Positions 61,909-64,000 of a stretch of 64,000 bases of DNA are shown in pieces (position 1 is the first letter of the stretch; each line of letters begins with the position of its first letter). The notes beneath the pieces are model-generated. The model ran no database searches, had not been told where the DNA came from, and saw only the letters and a list, made by a program, of their open reading frames with translations. Source of the stretch: Candidatus Marinacidobacterales bacterium (GTDB lineage: Bacteria > Acidobacteriota > Vicinamibacteria > Marinacidobacterales > SMYC01); NCBI GenBank assembly GCA_965224085.1, contig CBDCYI010000004.1:800001-864000 (forward strand), given 5' to 3'. A program made the position numbers and the translations under genes.

Positions 61909-62856
61909 ATGAAAACCCCATCGACCGTGATCCAGACAATAAATCTGACGAAAGACTACGAGGTCGGGTTGTTTTCGAGAAGGAAGCTCCGGGCTCTCGA
62001 CCATCTCGAGCTCGAGGTGGAAGAGGGCGAGACCTTCGGGCTCATCGGACCGAACGGTGCGGGGAAGACAACGACCCTGAAGCTCCTCATGGGGCTGGTC
62101 TTCCCGACGGAGGGCGAGGCTAAAATCCTCGGAACGCCCATCGGCGATCGGGGTACGAAAAGCGAGATCGGCTATTTGCCCGAGCAGCCGTACTTCTACG
62201 ATTACTTGACGGGGAGGGAGCTGCTCAATTACTTCGGACAGCTCTTCGGGTTGAGCCGAACCGAGCGTGGAGCGCGCGTCGAAGAGCTCCTCGACAGAGT
62301 CGGCATGACGGCGTCCGGCGACGTACCGCTTCGGAAGTACTCGAAAGGCATGACCCAGCGTCTTGGGATCGCGCAAGCGTTGATCAATCGCCCCAAAGTC
62401 GTCTTCTTCGATGAGCCGATGTCCGGACTCGATCCTATCGGCCGGCGTGAGATGACGCTTCTGATACGAGAGCTTCGTGATTCGGGGGTCACCGTGTTTT
62501 TTTGCTCCCATATCCTCCCCGACGTCGAGCAGCTCTGCGATCGCGTCGCGATTCTGAACAAGGGTAAGCTCGTGGAGATAGGGCGGCTTGCCGAAATCCT
62601 CGACGTTTCGATCCAAGCTGTCGAAGTCGAGGTCGAGAACCTGAGTGAGGCGCTCGAGGCCGAGCTCCGCGGCGAAGCGAGCGAGATAAAGAAATCCGGT
62701 ACTCGTGCACGGGTTGTATTCACGCGCCGGGAAGATTTCGACGCGGCCCTGCATCCCCTGACAAGCGGCGGCGCCCGGCTTCTGTCGGTAACGCCGGTAA
62801 AGCAGAGCCTCGAAGAGTATTTCGTCGCCGAGATGTCCGGGAAAAATCCAGGATGA
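61909..62856 (+). CDS. ABC transporter ATP-binding protein (pilus-associated)
   Basis: GPNGAGKT, YSKGM, FFDEPMSGLDP and SH motifs. Confidence 0.92.
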   Translation: MKTPSTVIQTINLTKDYEVGLFSRRKLRALDHLELEVEEGETFGLIGPNGAGKTTTLKLLMGLVFPTEGEAKILGTPIGDRGTKSEIGYLPEQPYFYDYLTGRELLNYFGQLFGLSRTERGARVEELLDRVGMTASGDVPLRKYSKGMTQRLGIAQALINRPKVVFFDEPMSGLDPIGRREMTLLIRELRDSGVTVFFCSHILPDVEQLCDRVAILNKGKLVEIGRLAEILDVSIQAVEVEVENLSEALEAELRGEASEIKKSGTRARVVFTRREDFDAALHPLTSGGARLLSVTPVKQSLEEYFVAEMSGKNPG

Positions 62857-63620
62857 ATCGGATCGGCTACATCGCCCTGAACACCTATAGGGAGACCGTT
62901 CGTGACAAAGTCCTCTACAATCTGGTGCTCTTCGCGCTCCTCATGATTGCGAGCTCCTACATCCTCGGGACGATCTCGGTCTACCAAGAAGTGAAGATCA
63001 TCAACGATCTGGGGCTCGCGTCGATTTCCGTGTTCGGCATGGTGATTGCCATTTTCATCGGCATCAGCCTCGTTTCGAAGGAGATCGAAAAGCGCACGCT
63101 CTACAGTCTCCTCCCCAAACCGGTCTCCCGAGAGCAGTTCATTCTCGGCAAGTATCTCGGGCTATGTCTGACATTGCTCGTGAACGTCGCCATCATGAGC
63201 GCCGGCTTCTACATGCTGCTCTTCGTCATGGGAGAGACCTTCGAGTCTGGCCTGCTCAAAGCCATCGTGCTCATCTACGTGAAGCTGATGGTGCTCGTAG
63301 GTGTAGCGATCCTCTTCAGCACGTTCACGTCTCCGACTCTCGCGGGGCTCTTCACTGGCTTCACCTACGTCGCCGGCTACTACTCGGGCGATCTCAAGAA
63401 CTTCGACAGCATCGTCGACTCTGAGTTTCTACCGCACATTACGACAGCCTTGTACTACGCGCTGCCCAACTTCAAGAACTTCGATATCAAAGCTCAGGCG
63501 GTCGCCGGAGCGCCCTTGCCGCTTTCCCAGATCGGTTGGGCCATGGCTTACGGGCTCGTTTACATCTCGCTCCTTCTAGTCGTCTCCGTCTGGATCTTCA
63601 GGGCCCGGAATCTCAAGTAG
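62853..63620 (+). CDS. ABC-2 type permease (pilus-associated)
   Basis: ETVRDKVLY and KEIEKRTLY..L.KPVSR..FILGKY motifs. Confidence 0.88.
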   Translation: MNRIGYIALNTYRETVRDKVLYNLVLFALLMIASSYILGTISVYQEVKIINDLGLASISVFGMVIAIFIGISLVSKEIEKRTLYSLLPKPVSREQFILGKYLGLCLTLLVNVAIMSAGFYMLLFVMGETFESGLLKAIVLIYVKLMVLVGVAILFSTFTSPTLAGLFTGFTYVAGYYSGDLKNFDSIVDSEFLPHITTALYYALPNFKNFDIKAQAVAGAPLPLSQIGWAMAYGLVYISLLLVVSVWIFRARNLK

Positions 63621-63625
63621 CAAAA

Positions 63626-64000
63626 ATGACTTTTCGTCTCCCCCTACTCGTTCTGCTGTTCGGCGCGGTCTACGGAATCCAGGCTCGTATCGACAAATCT
63701 CTTGGGCAGTATCGCGCGACGGAAGAGATTCTCTACGTCGACAGCGGCAACGTGATGAAGCGCGTGCTCTTGGGATTCGACAACATCGCCGCGGATCTGT
63801 ACTGGCTCCGGACAGTGCAGTACTTCGGCGGGAAACGCCTCGACGCGACGAATAAGGACTACAATCTTCTCGAGCCTTTGCTCAATATCACCATCGAGCT
63901 CGATCCAAAGTTCAAGATCGCCTACTCTTATGGAGCGACGTTTCTCTCGGAGCCCTTCCCCACGGGTGCGGGGCTGCCTTCGAAGGGTATCGAGATCATC
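63626..64000 (+). CDS. Pilus-associated TPR-like protein (partial; runs off window)
   Basis: Manual translation MTFRLPLL...ADLYWLRTVQYFG...ELDPKF..AY. Confidence 0.65.
   Translation, partial: MTFRLPLLVLLFGAVYGIQARIDKSLGQYRATEEILYVDSGNVMKRVLLGFDNIAADLYWLRTVQYFGGKRLDATNKDYNLLEPLLNITIELDPKFKIAYSYGATFLSEPFPTGAGLPSKGIEII

Noticed and set aside
1-64000. CRISPR arrays, tRNA, rRNA, prophage
   Set aside because: No regularly spaced repeats, cas genes, cloverleafs or phage structural genes seen by eye.

Overview
GC-rich bacterial window. The gene content (Acidobacteria-type secreted proteins, kinase/TPR remnants, tandem GFTLIEL pilins) suggests an Acidobacteriota/Vicinamibacteria-like organism; this is inference. 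Intact genes include pgm/pmm, rpmB, aroC, kptA, map, dprE1/dprE2-like, M14/M19/M20 peptidases, a multicopper oxidase and a sigma54-driven type IV pilin-ABC locus. They are mixed with roughly 20 broken genes, many with large internal deletions or reduced to short terminal remnants. Mobile elements are IS110 (one intact with a long structured leader, one remnant), a truncated IS5/IS903-like element and an IS200 tnpA element, plus two toxin-antitoxin-like pairs. The top candidate system is at 38576-41004 (minus strand). It consists of an unannotated 49-aa acidic protein ending in GGE (Pup/UBact-like tag, below the ORF-track cutoff), a PafA/Pup-ligase-family protein with inserted transmembrane helices, and an abutting Tpt1/KptA gene. 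No dop or proteasome genes are in the window, so this may be a membrane-localised, proteasome-unlinked protein-tagging module.
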